Of a stretch of DNA of 64,000 bases, positions 9,649 to 20,425 are shown one piece after another. Under the pieces are notes generated by a model. It did not search any database, was not told where the DNA came from, and saw only the letters and a list, made by a program, of their open reading frames with translations. The translations under genes were made by a program, and so were the position numbers. This DNA comes from Bacteroidota bacterium (GTDB lineage: Bacteria > Bacteroidota > Bacteroidia > JABEUT01), in contig JABCZW010000003.1 of assembly GCA_013289475.1 (NCBI GenBank), forward strand, positions 17,845 through 81,844, given 5' to 3'. Each line of letters starts with the position of its first letter. Positions within the stretch are counted from its first letter, which is position 1.

Positions 9649-12600
9649 CTATTTCTGTAACACTATCTTTTTAATAACAGTGCCCTTATCGCTAGTTATC
9701 TTCAACGCATAAATACCATTAGGCAAGTAGTTCAGATTAATGCTTTCAGTATTATTTACAGCGCCGGCATTTATTTGCTTATTATACACCTTATTCCCAA
9801 GTTCATCAAAAATTGATATTACGGCCTGCTCCAATCGTGGTATCTGAATATTTACATACCCATTGCTAGGCACCGGGTAAACTTTTACCCCCTGAAGGGA
9901 ATTATTTAAATTTTGAATACCCACAACCACAATTGCGGTATCACAAGGTAAAGTTTCATCGCAATACCAACTTGTTACATTTACACAATATGTCCCTGTA
10001 TCAATACCGGTTGCCAGGGCCGTAGTTTGAACAGGAATTGTACTCCATGAATAATGATATTCAACAGTATCACCGGGAGGAACGCCACCCGAAACATATA
10101 CCTGTATCCAGCCATCATTGCAAGCGTTACACGATGCATCATGTACAACAAAACTGTCTATTTTCATTTTGCCGGCAGCACCAATATAAGGCACAGCAGA
10201 TGTATTACAGCCATTAAAGTCGGTAACTGTGCAAACATAACTGCCGGGACCCACGCCTGCTATTGAATCAGTTGTAGAGCCCGTACTCCAATTGTAAGTA
10301 TAGGGAGATGTACCACCTGAAGGATACACAATTGCAGCCCCCCCGCTTAATGAGCCAAAACAAACACCAATTGTCTGGGTAATTACATTCAGTTTTGCCG
10401 GCTGCATTATTGTAATTGCTGACTGTACTGTGCAGCCAGACGAATCGGTTACAGCACAGGTATAGGCACCGGCAGCAAGGTTTATAGCAAAGCTATTTGT
10501 TCCGGCACCTAAGGACCATTGGTATGTATACGGAGAAACTCCACCGGTTACATTTACAACAGCACTGCCTGTTTTCTGTCCGTAACAGGCAATTGAAGAA
10601 TTTGGTGTAATCACTACTTTGGGTCCGCCGGTATCGGCCACAACTATATTTACCGTATTTAAACAGTTTAAAGAATCAATCACTATACAAGTATATGTGC
10701 CCTCTGCCAGATTTGTAACAGAAGCCGATGTTTCGCCACCCGGAGACCATGAATAAGCATAAGGTGTTACGCCACCTGAAACAATAACTGTTGCGGCACC
10801 TGTATGTTTTCCGCATTTAGTAACTGTAGCTATTGTATCTATAACTATTGCTGCCGGGCTCGTAACTGATACCACAACCTGGCTTGCAGTGCATTTATTT
10901 ATATCGGTTATGGTGCATGTATATGTCCCAACAATAGCAGTATCCAGGAACATAGTTGTTCCGCCCGAAGGAGACCATGAATACGAGTAAGGTGTTGTGC
11001 CCCCGGTTACTCCTACTTTAGCATTACCATTATTACCACCATAACAACTAACATTATGCTGCATTGCAATACTGTCTCTTATCGGTAGAGGCTGAGTTAT
11101 GACTATGGCTACAATACCAGTACACCCTATACTATCGGTAGCGGTAAAAGTATAGGCACCTGCAATAAGCCCCGAGGCCATAAGACTACTTCCGCCAGAA
11201 GGAGACCAATTATAAGTATATGGCAACTTTCCACCAGAAACAAAAACAGTAGCAGTTCCGTTTGAACCACCATTACAACTTACGTTAGTAGAACTGCTCA
11301 AGCTGTCTTTAGGTCCACCTATATTGGGCACGGTCACCACCGGGCTCCTGGTACAACCAAGAGAATCAGTAACTATACACGTATATGAGCTTGCAGGTAA
11401 CGCAGTATCGAGTGCATTTGTATTACCATTAGACCAGGAATATATATAAGGCGATACGCCACCTGAAACACTGACACTTGCAGCACCAACATTCTTAGAA
11501 CAAGGTGTTGCAGTATACGATGTTATTGTATTAATTTTAGGGGGCTGAGTTATGGTTATGGTATCTGTAGTACTGCATTTATTAAAATCTTTTATTACAC
11601 AGGTATAAGTGCCAGCAATAATATTATTCGCAATGGCATTGGTTGCAATAGATGGCGACCATGTATATGAATAAGGAGTTGTGCCTCCAATAACACCAAC
11701 TATTGCCTTACCGCTATTAGACCCATTGCATTTTACATTCGTTGAACTTACAGTACTGTCTTTAAGCAGTGGCGGTTGAGTAATAGTAATTGTAACCGGA
11801 GTAATACAGCTATTTGAATCAGTAGCAGTAAAAGTATATGAGCCGGCAATTAAATTGCTTACCGAAGAACTTGTTCCCAGCCCTGCCGACCATGCGTAAA
11901 CATATGGCTTTGTACCGCCTTTAACTGCAATTGAAACATTACCGTTGTTACCACCATAGCATAGTATGTTAGTTTGTTTCTTAATACTATCTATTAATAG
12001 TGGTGGCTGCTTAATTGTAAAATTAAAGTTATAGGTTATACCCTTTAGGTCTATAACACTTGCTGAATAACTACCTGCCTTCAATCCTTTAATTGTATCG
12101 GTAGTTGCACCATTGCTCCATGAATATTTTAAAGGATAATGGCCACCTCTAACACGCATTATTGCCAAGCCTGCACTATCTCCAAAACATTTATTATCCT
12201 TTGTAATTAATGATGCCGTCATTACTTCTAAAAGATCTCCTCCCGGATTGACACCGCATGGGCCATTAACATCTAAATTAAAAAGCACCGTATCATGCTT
12301 CCCTGATGTATCGCAACGAAATATAACCCCGCTGTATGCAGCATTACTGCTGGTACCGCCTAAACTAGTCATCCCATATAACAAACCATCCGAAGCTTGT
12401 ATAAGGCTTCCTTTAGGGGAAGCTCCGTTATTTTGATTAAACACGAATAATACTGAATCTATAAGCGATACAGGATTGAAGCTGAACAAATTGCCGTAGG
12501 CACTGCTATTATTATAGACCATGCCATAGAGTAATCCGTTAGTTGCTTGCATTAAACTACCATAAGGGTTCCGGCCATGTATATCATCAAAATTATATAC

Positions 12601-13380
12601 TACCGTTTCAGTATTGCTTGTAGTATCAAACGTAAATATTACGCCATCATTACTTGCGCCACCCTGGTTAGCCATACCATAAAGCAATCCATTTGAAATT
12701 TGCACTAAACTACCATATGGATATGCTCCATTTGTACCATTAAAACTGCTTAGTAAAGTATATTGTGATGTGGTTATATTAAAAGAAAATATTACTCCGC
12801 CGTTGGATGCACCACCAAGATTGGTCATGCCATATAGCAATCCGTTTGATGCCTGTATAAGATTACCATAGGGGGTGGCTCCACTCGCACTATTGAAATC
12901 ATAAATATCTGTGTATTTTGACAACAGAGGATCAAAACTAAAGAGCACCCCGCCACCAAATTTGCCTCCGGCCGAAGTCATGCCATATAATATACCATTT
13001 GAAGCCTGTACTAAACTGCCATATGGTGTAGCTCCATGTGTCACATCAAAAGTAAACAATACGTTGCTTGTATTAGATGTTGGGTTATAATCAAACAACA
13101 CCCCCACATTACTCACACCTCCAGTCGATGTCATGCCATATAACAGGCCATTGGTTGCCTGCATCAGGTTGCCAAACGGGGTTTTACCCTGATTTCCCTG
13201 GAACCCTTCTTTAAAGTATATAGTATCCTTACCCGCTATGGTATCAATATCAAATATCGTTCCAAAATAAGTAGCCTGGTTAGATGTAAGCCCATACATC
13301 AGGCCATTAGTTTGTGACGAGCCTTTTTCAAATAGCCCAATAAGCAAAAATAAAAACAGAGTGATATTGATTCTTTTCAT
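9649..13380 (-). CDS. T9SS-secreted surface protein with N-terminal choice-of-anchor (GloVer-type) tandem repeats, SprB-type repeats and a C-terminal Por/T9SS sorting domain
   Basis: 1243 aa with a signal peptide. It has about 8 repeats of NGLLYGMT..GG..G.G.IFSF (Gloeo_Verruco type), then about 8 repeats of C.GG.NG...V.V.GGT.PY.Y.WS (SprB repeat), and a C-terminus VKVYPVPSNGYVNIQ...KIVLQK (type A sorting domain). Confidence 0.8.
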   Translation of the reverse strand: MKRINITLFLFLLIGLFEKGSSQTNGLMYGLTSNQATYFGTIFDIDTIAGKDTIYFKEGFQGNQGKTPFGNLMQATNGLLYGMTSTGGVSNVGVLFDYNPTSNTSNVLFTFDVTHGATPYGSLVQASNGILYGMTSAGGKFGGGVLFSFDPLLSKYTDIYDFNSASGATPYGNLIQASNGLLYGMTNLGGASNGGVIFSFNITTSQYTLLSSFNGTNGAYPYGSLVQISNGLLYGMANQGGASNDGVIFTFDTTSNTETVVYNFDDIHGRNPYGSLMQATNGLLYGMVYNNSSAYGNLFSFNPVSLIDSVLFVFNQNNGASPKGSLIQASDGLLYGMTSLGGTSSNAAYSGVIFRCDTSGKHDTVLFNLDVNGPCGVNPGGDLLEVMTASLITKDNKCFGDSAGLAIMRVRGGHYPLKYSWSNGATTDTIKGLKAGSYSASVIDLKGITYNFNFTIKQPPLLIDSIKKQTNILCYGGNNGNVSIAVKGGTKPYVYAWSAGLGTSSSVSNLIAGSYTFTATDSNSCITPVTITITQPPLLKDSTVSSTNVKCNGSNSGKAIVGVIGGTTPYSYTWSPSIATNAIANNIIAGTYTCVIKDFNKCSTTDTITITQPPKINTITSYTATPCSKNVGAASVSVSGGVSPYIYSWSNGNTNALDTALPASSYTCIVTDSLGCTRSPVVTVPNIGGPKDSLSSSTNVSCNGGSNGTATVFVSGGKLPYTYNWSPSGGSSLMASGLIAGAYTFTATDSIGCTGIVAIVITQPLPIRDSIAMQHNVSCYGGNNGNAKVGVTGGTTPYSYSWSPSGGTTMFLDTAIVGTYTCTITDINKCTASQVVVSVTSPAAIVIDTIATVTKCGKHTGAATVIVSGGVTPYAYSWSPGGETSASVTNLAEGTYTCIVIDSLNCLNTVNIVVADTGGPKVVITPNSSIACYGQKTGSAVVNVTGGVSPYTYQWSLGAGTNSFAINLAAGAYTCAVTDSSGCTVQSAITIMQPAKLNVITQTIGVCFGSLSGGAAIVYPSGGTSPYTYNWSTGSTTDSIAGVGPGSYVCTVTDFNGCNTSAVPYIGAAGKMKIDSFVVHDASCNACNDGWIQVYVSGGVPPGDTVEYHYSWSTIPVQTTALATGIDTGTYCVNVTSWYCDETLPCDTAIVVVGIQNLNNSLQGVKVYPVPSNGYVNIQIPRLEQAVISIFDELGNKVYNKQINAGAVNNTESINLNYLPNGIYALKITSDKGTVIKKIVLQK

Positions 13381-13455
13381 GTATGATATACGAAGGTCTT
13401 ACTATGCAAAGTTACTAAAAACCAGCCCATAAAAGAAATTTATTAATTTAACTTG

Positions 13456-13465
13456 CCCCCCCCCC
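13456..13465. repeat. homopolymeric C10 tract (G10 on the coding strand of the downstream gene) in the upstream region of the T9SS GloVer/SprB protein gene
   Basis: The sequence ...acttgCCCCCCCCCCttaac lies about 76 bp upstream of the ATG at 13380. A -7-like motif (TAACTTTG on the minus strand) is at 13407-13414. Confidence 0.9.
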
Positions 13466-13491
13466 TTAACACTTAGGATTAGAAGTACTTA

Positions 13492-14433
13492 TCAGTTTTT
13501 GCCTTGAGAATCGGCAAATCGTTTCTGTAAAACCTTTAATATATTTCTGCCGATTATATTTGGGGCTTTTAGCCTGTATAATAAAACAACAGCATTTATA
13601 TACTTACTTACCTTCTTATATTTCGTCAACAACTCAAGCGATTCTTTATCCCTATCTATATATGCAAGACGGGCAATATCCTCCATTCTTTTAATTACCA
13701 ATTGGCCATAGTCTATGTGCTTGGCATATATTTTTATTAATGAAGGGTACCATTTTTTCATGGTAAATGATAAACTGCTGGAACGCACCCTATATCTCAT
13801 CGAAACATAATCAGAAAATATAAATTTATATTCCCTCGCAAGCCTAAGCCACATATCGTAGTCTTCATAAGCCAGATTCTCATCAAATTGTCCAACTTTC
13901 TTATAAGCCTCCATTTTTATCAATACCGTGGGAGAAGGCATGAACAGATGCAGCAACAATAATGGCTCGTATATATTCCCGGTAGGAATATCTTCAAACC
14001 CCTTATAATAACGCTGTATAAACCAGCCATACATAGGGCTTCCGTCATCTTTCATAAGATAAGCATCCGAAAAAACCGCACAAACATCGCTTCCCGCTTT
14101 TTCAAGAATATTAACCTGCACACTGATTTTATCAGGCATCATTGCATCGTCGGTAGCTAAAAAAGCTACATACTTGCCATTTGCGTTATTTATTATTGCA
14201 TTGCATACAACGCAAACGCCCATGTTTTTTTCGTGCGCAATTAATTTAAATGGTTTATTATAGCTTTTCAGCCACTCCCTTATCATGCCCAGGCTCTCAT
14301 CTGTTGAGCAATCATCTATAATAACCAGTTCAATATTATCGTAAGTCTGCTCCTCAATACTTTTTAATGTATCAAGTACATACTTCGCATTATTATAATT
14401 GCCTACACCAATTGTAACCAGCGGTTGCGACAT
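13492..14433 (-). CDS. glycosyltransferase family 2
   Basis: GVGNYNNAKYVLDTLKSIEEQTYDNIELVIIDDCSTDES...ATDD is a GT2 signature. Confidence 0.75.
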   Translation of the reverse strand: MSQPLVTIGVGNYNNAKYVLDTLKSIEEQTYDNIELVIIDDCSTDESLGMIREWLKSYNKPFKLIAHEKNMGVCVVCNAIINNANGKYVAFLATDDAMMPDKISVQVNILEKAGSDVCAVFSDAYLMKDDGSPMYGWFIQRYYKGFEDIPTGNIYEPLLLLHLFMPSPTVLIKMEAYKKVGQFDENLAYEDYDMWLRLAREYKFIFSDYVSMRYRVRSSSLSFTMKKWYPSLIKIYAKHIDYGQLVIKRMEDIARLAYIDRDKESLELLTKYKKVSKYINAVVLLYRLKAPNIIGRNILKVLQKRFADSQGKN

Positions 14434-14441
14434 CCCACAAT

Positions 14442-15566
14442 CTATTTAAGGAAACCATTTATGCTATCAGCAATATACTTTACATTGCTGTTAATTAAAC
14501 CGGGATATATTGGTAAACTCAAACAAGTATCAGCTATTTCTTCTGCTATAGGAAAGTCGCCCAATTTAAACCCGAGGTTTTTGTAAGCCTTTTGTAAGTG
14601 AGGCGGAACCGGGTAATGTATCATGGTGCCAATACCACATTCTTCCAAATATTTCTTCAATTCATCCCTTCGTTTTGTTCTTACCACAAATTGATGGTAC
14701 GCATGATATGTTTCTGTTATAGTATAAGGTAATATAAGGCCCGGCGTATTTTTTAACAGAGACAAATAATGCTCTGCAATTACCTGTCGCTCCCTATTCC
14801 ATTTATCGAGATAGTTTAGTTTAACCATAAGAAAAGCTGCCTGTAATTCATCTAACCGACTATTAATACCCTTATATGTGTTATAATACTTTTCTTCGCT
14901 TCCGTAGTTCCTTAAAGCTCTTAATACTCTATTTAATTCTTCATTACTTGTTGTAATCATACCGCCATCACCCAATGCACCCAGGTTTTTACCCGGATAA
15001 AAACTGAAACCTGCTGCCTCAGCGAGTGATCCCGCCTTATTTCCTTTATATAATGCACCATGCGCCTGTGCAGCATCTTCAATAACAATTAAGCTATGTT
15101 TCAGGGCTATATTATTAACAGCCCCCATATCGACGCATTGACCATATAAGTGAACCGCAATGATGGCTTTAGTCCGCGATGATATTTTACTTTCTATATT
15201 TTTTGCATCAATATTGTAAGTTGCCATATCCGGTTCAACCAACACAGGCTTAAGCCCTACCCTGTCTATTGCTAGTACGGTGGCTATATATGTATTCGAT
15301 GGCACAATTACCTCATCACCATCCTTCAATGCACGCATTTCTTTATATGCCTCCAGGATAAGAATGAGCGCATCCAATCCGTTCGCAACTCCTATAGCAT
15401 GTTTAGCATCACAATAACCTGCAAATGCTTTTTCAAACTCCTCTAGCTGGCCACCAAGTATAAATTGTCCTTTATCAAGTACCTTCTTAAATGCACCTGT
15501 CAATTCATTCTCTAATACAGAATTGACACTTTGCAAATCAAGAAATGGTATTTTCATCTTATTCAT
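14442..15566 (-). CDS. DegT/DnrJ/EryC1/StrS-family PLP-dependent sugar aminotransferase
   Basis: 374 aa with ...[43 protein letters not shown], including the PLP lysine. It is canonical full length. Confidence 0.85.
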   Translation of the reverse strand: MNKMKIPFLDLQSVNSVLENELTGAFKKVLDKGQFILGGQLEEFEKAFAGYCDAKHAIGVANGLDALILILEAYKEMRALKDGDEVIVPSNTYIATVLAIDRVGLKPVLVEPDMATYNIDAKNIESKISSRTKAIIAVHLYGQCVDMGAVNNIALKHSLIVIEDAAQAHGALYKGNKAGSLAEAAGFSFYPGKNLGALGDGGMITTSNEELNRVLRALRNYGSEEKYYNTYKGINSRLDELQAAFLMVKLNYLDKWNRERQVIAEHYLSLLKNTPGLILPYTITETYHAYHQFVVRTKRRDELKKYLEECGIGTMIHYPVPPHLQKAYKNLGFKLGDFPIAEEIADTCLSLPIYPGLINSNVKYIADSINGFLK

Positions 15567-16514
15567 TTATTCCATTTCATCTATTACAGAAAGAAAAACC
15601 TTACTCATGTACTCTATATCTTTAGTTTCAATATCCTGGTGTATGGGAAAATTTAACATACTATTCGAAATATGATACGACAAAGGGAATGAGGCTCTAT
15701 CAATTTGCTCAATTAACCGATAATAAAGCGACATAACTGTTACACCCTTGTCTATCAATTTAAAATATACCTTTTCCCTGTTTTGGTTATGTATTAATAC
15801 TGGAAAATTAAGCGGCACAACTCCTTCGGGAACATTTGAATGCAAAATTGAATATTTTTTACCGGGCGACTTAAGCAAGCTCAGCATCATATTATAGTTC
15901 GCAATTCGCCTGGTTTTAATTGCATTATAATCAGCAGTATGGGCAATATACAAAGTCTCGTGCGAAATTTCCTCGCCATTACTTCCATCTTGGCCTTGTG
16001 TAACAGTACCAGTATAAGTATAAAACCCCCCGTCTTTTGTCGGCAGGTATTTATGGATTGAAAAAAAGGCATAATGCCCGACACTTCCAATCATCTTATG
16101 GCTCTCAACATACGCATTCATGGCATGTGCACAATCTTCAATCAATGCAATATTTTCAGCGTCACATAGCTGCTTTAGTTTTACTATATCTACCTGAAAA
16201 AAACTAAAATAATGAATCACCAGTATTGCCTTAATCTTTTTCTCTTTTACTTTCTTAACTATATCACTATAGTCCAGTTCCAGCTTCTCATTTATTTTAT
16301 AAAAATCATATTTAACGCCCGACGCTCTCACAGGGTCAAATACCCCAGAACCCTCTTTGTCTGTTATTCCAATATAGGCGGGAAGCAACAGAAATTCATT
16401 TTCCTTAAAATTTATTTGTTGTATAATCTGGCGAAAAGCTTCCCTGGCCGAAGGCTTATAACGGACAGGAAGAACGTTATGATTACTATTGGAAGCTTCT
16501 TTGGTTATTGCCAT
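15567..16514 (-). CDS. DegT/DnrJ/EryC1/StrS-family (PLP-dependent transferase fold) protein, divergent
   Basis: LIEDCAHAMNAYVESHKMIGSVGHYAFFSIHKYLPTKDGG resembles the DegT PLP-lysine region. The N-terminus is shorter than canonical. Confidence 0.5.
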   Translation of the reverse strand: MAITKEASNSNHNVLPVRYKPSAREAFRQIIQQINFKENEFLLLPAYIGITDKEGSGVFDPVRASGVKYDFYKINEKLELDYSDIVKKVKEKKIKAILVIHYFSFFQVDIVKLKQLCDAENIALIEDCAHAMNAYVESHKMIGSVGHYAFFSIHKYLPTKDGGFYTYTGTVTQGQDGSNGEEISHETLYIAHTADYNAIKTRRIANYNMMLSLLKSPGKKYSILHSNVPEGVVPLNFPVLIHNQNREKVYFKLIDKGVTVMSLYYRLIEQIDRASFPLSYHISNSMLNFPIHQDIETKDIEYMSKVFLSVIDEME

Positions 16515-16569
16515 TTACTAACCCGCTATTTGCGTATTAATTATAAAGCTCATTAAAAATTGAGCGATA

Positions 16570-17328
16570 TCAAATTTTAATCATTATTGCATGTCCGTTA
16601 AGATTGTGAATAAACACCCCATCTTTCAGGTTAAGCCCATTTACATACTTGGTAACTCCTTCACATCCCCAGGCAGAATAATCATCAAAAACTACCACAC
16701 CTTTCGATACCATCCTTGGCCATGCATATTCAAATACCCCTCGCGCCGATTCAAAAGTATCAACATCAATATGGCATATCTTTAATTTCTTTATATCCAG
16801 TTTGTTTTTAAAAGCATCCGGAAATATTCCCTTAAGTATTTTATATTTTGTCAGCCCAGCCTTTTGCATAAGCTTTTTTACAATTGTTTCACTGGTATCA
16901 GCATGCTCACCACCTTTATAAATGGTATCTTGTTTTCCCGCCTTAGCCACACCTTTAAATGTATCAGCCAGGTATAATGTTGATGAAGTTGCCTTTTTAT
17001 TGGCTTCACCCATTATAGCACCCGATCCTCCCTGCCAAACTCCAACTTCGAGTATATCACCCTGAAGCGCAACGGCCCTTTTAACCAAAGCCCATAATTC
17101 ATAACACCGGTAAATATCCACCAGCGTATTATTCCTGGCAATATCATATATCTTTTTAAACTCCTTATCTGTCTCCCATGGAGAATACGAAGCAGACGGC
17201 ACTACTTGTTTATGCACAATAGTGCTGTCTAATTGAGTGAAGCTGGTTTCTCTTAAGGCATTCAATATCCTTTTTCTCTCATTTCTCAGAAGCTCAAGAT
17301 ATTGGTCTTTATTTTTTTCGCTATTCAT
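16570..17328 (-). CDS. TylF/MycF-family SAM-dependent O-methyltransferase
   Basis: GDILEVGVWQGGS, LYLADTFKG and HIDVDTFESARGVFEYAWPRMVSKGVVVFDDY match macrocin-O-methyltransferase family motifs. Confidence 0.75.
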   Translation of the reverse strand: MNSEKNKDQYLELLRNERKRILNALRETSFTQLDSTIVHKQVVPSASYSPWETDKEFKKIYDIARNNTLVDIYRCYELWALVKRAVALQGDILEVGVWQGGSGAIMGEANKKATSSTLYLADTFKGVAKAGKQDTIYKGGEHADTSETIVKKLMQKAGLTKYKILKGIFPDAFKNKLDIKKLKICHIDVDTFESARGVFEYAWPRMVSKGVVVFDDYSAWGCEGVTKYVNGLNLKDGVFIHNLNGHAIMIKI

Positions 17329-17336
17329 GAAAACAG

Positions 17337-18296
17337 TTATTTTTTTTGCGTTAATACTTGAAAAATGTTCCGGTAAATATATTCAATGTCCTCATCCCTC
17401 AAATTCTGATGCGAAGGTATAAAAAAGCCGCCTCCGCCATAATATACCGTTGATTCTATTCCTTTATTGTTCAATTCAATTTTCAATCTGTCACTCAAAG
17501 GGGTTTGGGGCAATTGAAAAACAAAACAAGCAGGTACGTTGTTTTTATTCAATTTAAACCTGGGCCCGATTCCATGTTTGGCAAAAAGGTTCAAAAACTT
17601 GTTATAGTTCTCTTTTTTCTTTTTAACAAAGCCTTTATGTTTTTTAAAATAATAGTGCAACAGGGTTAACAGATAATTTTTTGAATACCGTGAAATAGCA
17701 GATGATGTACTAAGCTTGTTTCTTGACCGAACAAGCCCACCATACGATAAAGGGAACATTTTCGAAAAACTATATATAGCATAATCTCCAACCATTCCTA
17801 TATTCCCGGCTTCATTCTGCGATCCAAGGCAATATGCGCAATCTTCAATAATTGGTATACCTGAATTCAGCACACTTTCCGGTATACTGGCAGAGAAACC
17901 AAATTCGTGTATAATAAAAATGCATTTTGTTTTTTCGCAAATACTCCTGCCCCATTTGCATATCTTCTCAATCTCACTCGTTACCGAACTGCTTATATAT
18001 GGGCTGCCGGATGTGTTAAGAATACAAACCTCATCAAGCCTTTTGAGTTTAAGGTGCTGCAAAACCATCGAAATTCCTTCCTGTCCTCTTTTGGTAACAT
18101 AAGAAAACTTCTTAGCATCTTTAAAATACCGGTCAAGAGAACTGTCCTTATAATCGTCTTTTTTATTCTCGAGGTATATTTTATGGTTGATCGCCAGGTA
18201 TTCAGTATTAAAAGGACTTATTAAAAAATGAGGGAATACTCTTGGGTGAGAGTTAATAATATCATCAGGAAGTTCATGTAATTTACTTTTAGCCAT
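17337..18296 (-). CDS. DegT-like PLP-dependent transferase-fold protein, divergent
   Basis: IIEDCAYCLGSQNEAGNIGMVGDYAIYSFSKMFPLSYGG places a lysine around residue 179, the canonical DegT position. Confidence 0.45.
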   Translation of the reverse strand: MAKSKLHELPDDIINSHPRVFPHFLISPFNTEYLAINHKIYLENKKDDYKDSSLDRYFKDAKKFSYVTKRGQEGISMVLQHLKLKRLDEVCILNTSGSPYISSSVTSEIEKICKWGRSICEKTKCIFIIHEFGFSASIPESVLNSGIPIIEDCAYCLGSQNEAGNIGMVGDYAIYSFSKMFPLSYGGLVRSRNKLSTSSAISRYSKNYLLTLLHYYFKKHKGFVKKKKENYNKFLNLFAKHGIGPRFKLNKNNVPACFVFQLPQTPLSDRLKIELNNKGIESTVYYGGGGFFIPSHQNLRDEDIEYIYRNIFQVLTQKK

Positions 18297-18299
18297 TTG

Positions 18300-19061
18300 T
18301 TATTTTTTTTTACTGCTTTCCTTCATTAAGCATACATATACTTCGGCGCCCAGATCAGGCATATATTTTATCATCCTGCCTAATCCCTCTATAACATTCA
18401 TGTCAATTAGTTTTTCTTTCACCAGGCAATTCATTTGTTTATGGGTAAATGGCTTAATGAAGTATGAGCCAGAATCAACGACTGTAAATCCGGCAGACGA
18501 AACCATATCAATCATTGTTTGTTTGCTGAAAACATGAAACCGCTGAAACTTTATCTGTTCTTCCGAACGCTGGTTCAGGTCTTGTATCAAACCCGATTCT
18601 TTAGCTAATACCCTATGAAAAGAGAATTCATTCGGCGCGCTTATATACACATATGTTTTGTCACCCGCAATTCTATAAATGCTGTTAATAATCTCCATGG
18701 GGTCAGGAATTTCACCCAAAAGGCCTACACACATAATAAAATCAGGAACCTGTTCAAGTGCAACCACCTCTTGCGCGGTCTTTTGTACTATCTTAACTTT
18801 ATCCTTTAAATGATGGTATTCGTTGTTGAGCTTATCGGTAACAAAATCGCAAAAACCCTGCGCGGGTTCAATAATCGTAAGCATTTCAAAATCTTCAAAG
18901 TCAAGGAAAAGCGGGTTTATACCACAGCCTATTTCCACCAACCTCTTGGGCTTTAGCTTTTTTATTAATTCAATTTCAATATTTTTCTTTCTATAATCCG
19001 ACAGAATATGATCGAAATTATCTTCTACATATTCGCTATAATATTTATTCAGATCTCTCAT
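18300..19061 (-). CDS. class I SAM-dependent methyltransferase
   Basis: LVEIGCGINPLF is motif I (GxGxG-like), followed by a Rossmann-type pattern. Confidence 0.6.
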   Translation of the reverse strand: MRDLNKYYSEYVEDNFDHILSDYRKKNIEIELIKKLKPKRLVEIGCGINPLFLDFEDFEMLTIIEPAQGFCDFVTDKLNNEYHHLKDKVKIVQKTAQEVVALEQVPDFIMCVGLLGEIPDPMEIINSIYRIAGDKTYVYISAPNEFSFHRVLAKESGLIQDLNQRSEEQIKFQRFHVFSKQTMIDMVSSAGFTVVDSGSYFIKPFTHKQMNCLVKEKLIDMNVIEGLGRMIKYMPDLGAEVYVCLMKESSKKK

Positions 19062-19063
19062 TC

Positions 19064-20008
19064 TTATATTTCCTTTTCAAAAGTTAATTTAGGTGATACA
19101 TCGCAACCAATGCTTCGTTTAAATTCAACAAGGCCGTAATTGGGAATACTATTTTCAGTTGATGGCCCTATATCCACATATTCCATTCCCATTTTTTTAT
19201 AATAGTCGAATAAATTGTATGATAGAAAATTTACCGGCTTAAAGGATGAAAACTCTGCCAAATGCCCCCAATAAACCACTTGTACTATTTTATCGGTAAC
19301 CTTAAAAACCATTGCAGCTGCAGCATTTTTCCCTGCGTTATCGGTTACAATAAAAAAATCGGCATCAATTATACTATTTGTTTCCAGGATATTATCGAAA
19401 CTCATCTTTAATGGGAACCCACGCTGTTTGCGATTTTCAGAGATAATATCATATGCTTCCTTTATCTTTTCCGGTTCACTTACTTTATAAAAGCAAAGCC
19501 CGGCACGCATGCCGGCGTTATAATTTTTCCTGGCATTATAAGCAACATCCTGAAGGTAGTTTTCAGTGAAATTACCCAGGTTGAATTGAAAATTAAGATC
19601 GTTACTTACTATAGAGTATTTCTTCCGGTGAAAAACATTCCAAATAACCGATATTTCAGATTCATTATAAAACAAGGGAGGCATCGTAATTCTTATCCCT
19701 TTAACCTGCTTAGCTGATAAATAGTTTTCAAGTGCATCGTAAGCCAACTCAAGTTCTTCAATATCAACACCACCCTTATAACACCATCCCCCAAAAGGCG
19801 CAGAGAACGGGGATCTGAATTGATTATTACTCACACCCCCAATAATTCCGATATTACTTTTATTGTTATTTGAAAAAGCAAGAAACAATACCTCACTAAC
19901 CTTCGCTTTATTCAGCAGGTTAAATTCAGGCTTGTTAAATACATGATTGGGCTCCGGAAACCTTTTACCAAATTCAATACTATCTAATTCCTCAACTTTC
20001 ATTCCCAT
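19064..20008 (-). CDS. FemAB-like / BioF2-like acyltransferase-fold protein (GNAT superfamily), function unknown
   Basis: 314 aa with distant resemblance to Acetyltransf_6/FemAB proteins. The call is an inference from overall pattern and its position in a sugar-modification operon. Confidence 0.35.
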   Translation of the reverse strand: MGMKVEELDSIEFGKRFPEPNHVFNKPEFNLLNKAKVSEVLFLAFSNNNKSNIGIIGGVSNNQFRSPFSAPFGGWCYKGGVDIEELELAYDALENYLSAKQVKGIRITMPPLFYNESEISVIWNVFHRKKYSIVSNDLNFQFNLGNFTENYLQDVAYNARKNYNAGMRAGLCFYKVSEPEKIKEAYDIISENRKQRGFPLKMSFDNILETNSIIDADFFIVTDNAGKNAAAAMVFKVTDKIVQVVYWGHLAEFSSFKPVNFLSYNLFDYYKKMGMEYVDIGPSTENSIPNYGLVEFKRSIGCDVSPKLTFEKEI

Positions 20009-20027
20009 TACAGGTTTTGCAGTTTAT

Positions 20028-20423
20028 TTATTTAGCCTGTTTAAATTCATCATAATCCCGTATATAATCATCTTCATTATATTCAGAAGATGACAGGCAT
20101 AGTAAAACGGCTCCGTCAGTAAATTTAATAGTTCTCCAATACCCGCCCGGTATATAAAGTGCAATGGACGGGCTATCAAGAATAAATTCAAGTTTCCTGC
20201 CACCACGGTCTTCAAGTTCAAAAACTATTTTACCATTAAGTGCGCAAATTACCTGGCTTGAATTTTTATGGGCATGGTGCCCTCTTATAATATCGGCAGG
20301 GGTATTGTATGTCCAGTAAGCTCTTTTTATGTCAAACGGCACCTTTCCGCATTCCTCGGCAACAGTAAGATAGCCGATAGATGCATTACCAATTTTTCCT
20401 AAATCAATTATATAAGGCTCCAT
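20028..20423 (-). CDS. WxcM/FdtA-like sugar 3,4-ketoisomerase (cupin)
   Basis: 131 aa with ...RGHHAHKNSSQVICALNGKIVFELEDRGG...YIPGGYWR, the conserved His pair of FdtA-type TDP-4-keto-6-deoxyhexose 3,4-isomerases. Confidence 0.7.
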   Translation of the reverse strand: MEPYIIDLGKIGNASIGYLTVAEECGKVPFDIKRAYWTYNTPADIIRGHHAHKNSSQVICALNGKIVFELEDRGGRKLEFILDSPSIALYIPGGYWRTIKFTDGAVLLCLSSSEYNEDDYIRDYDEFKQAK

Positions 20424-20425
20424 TA

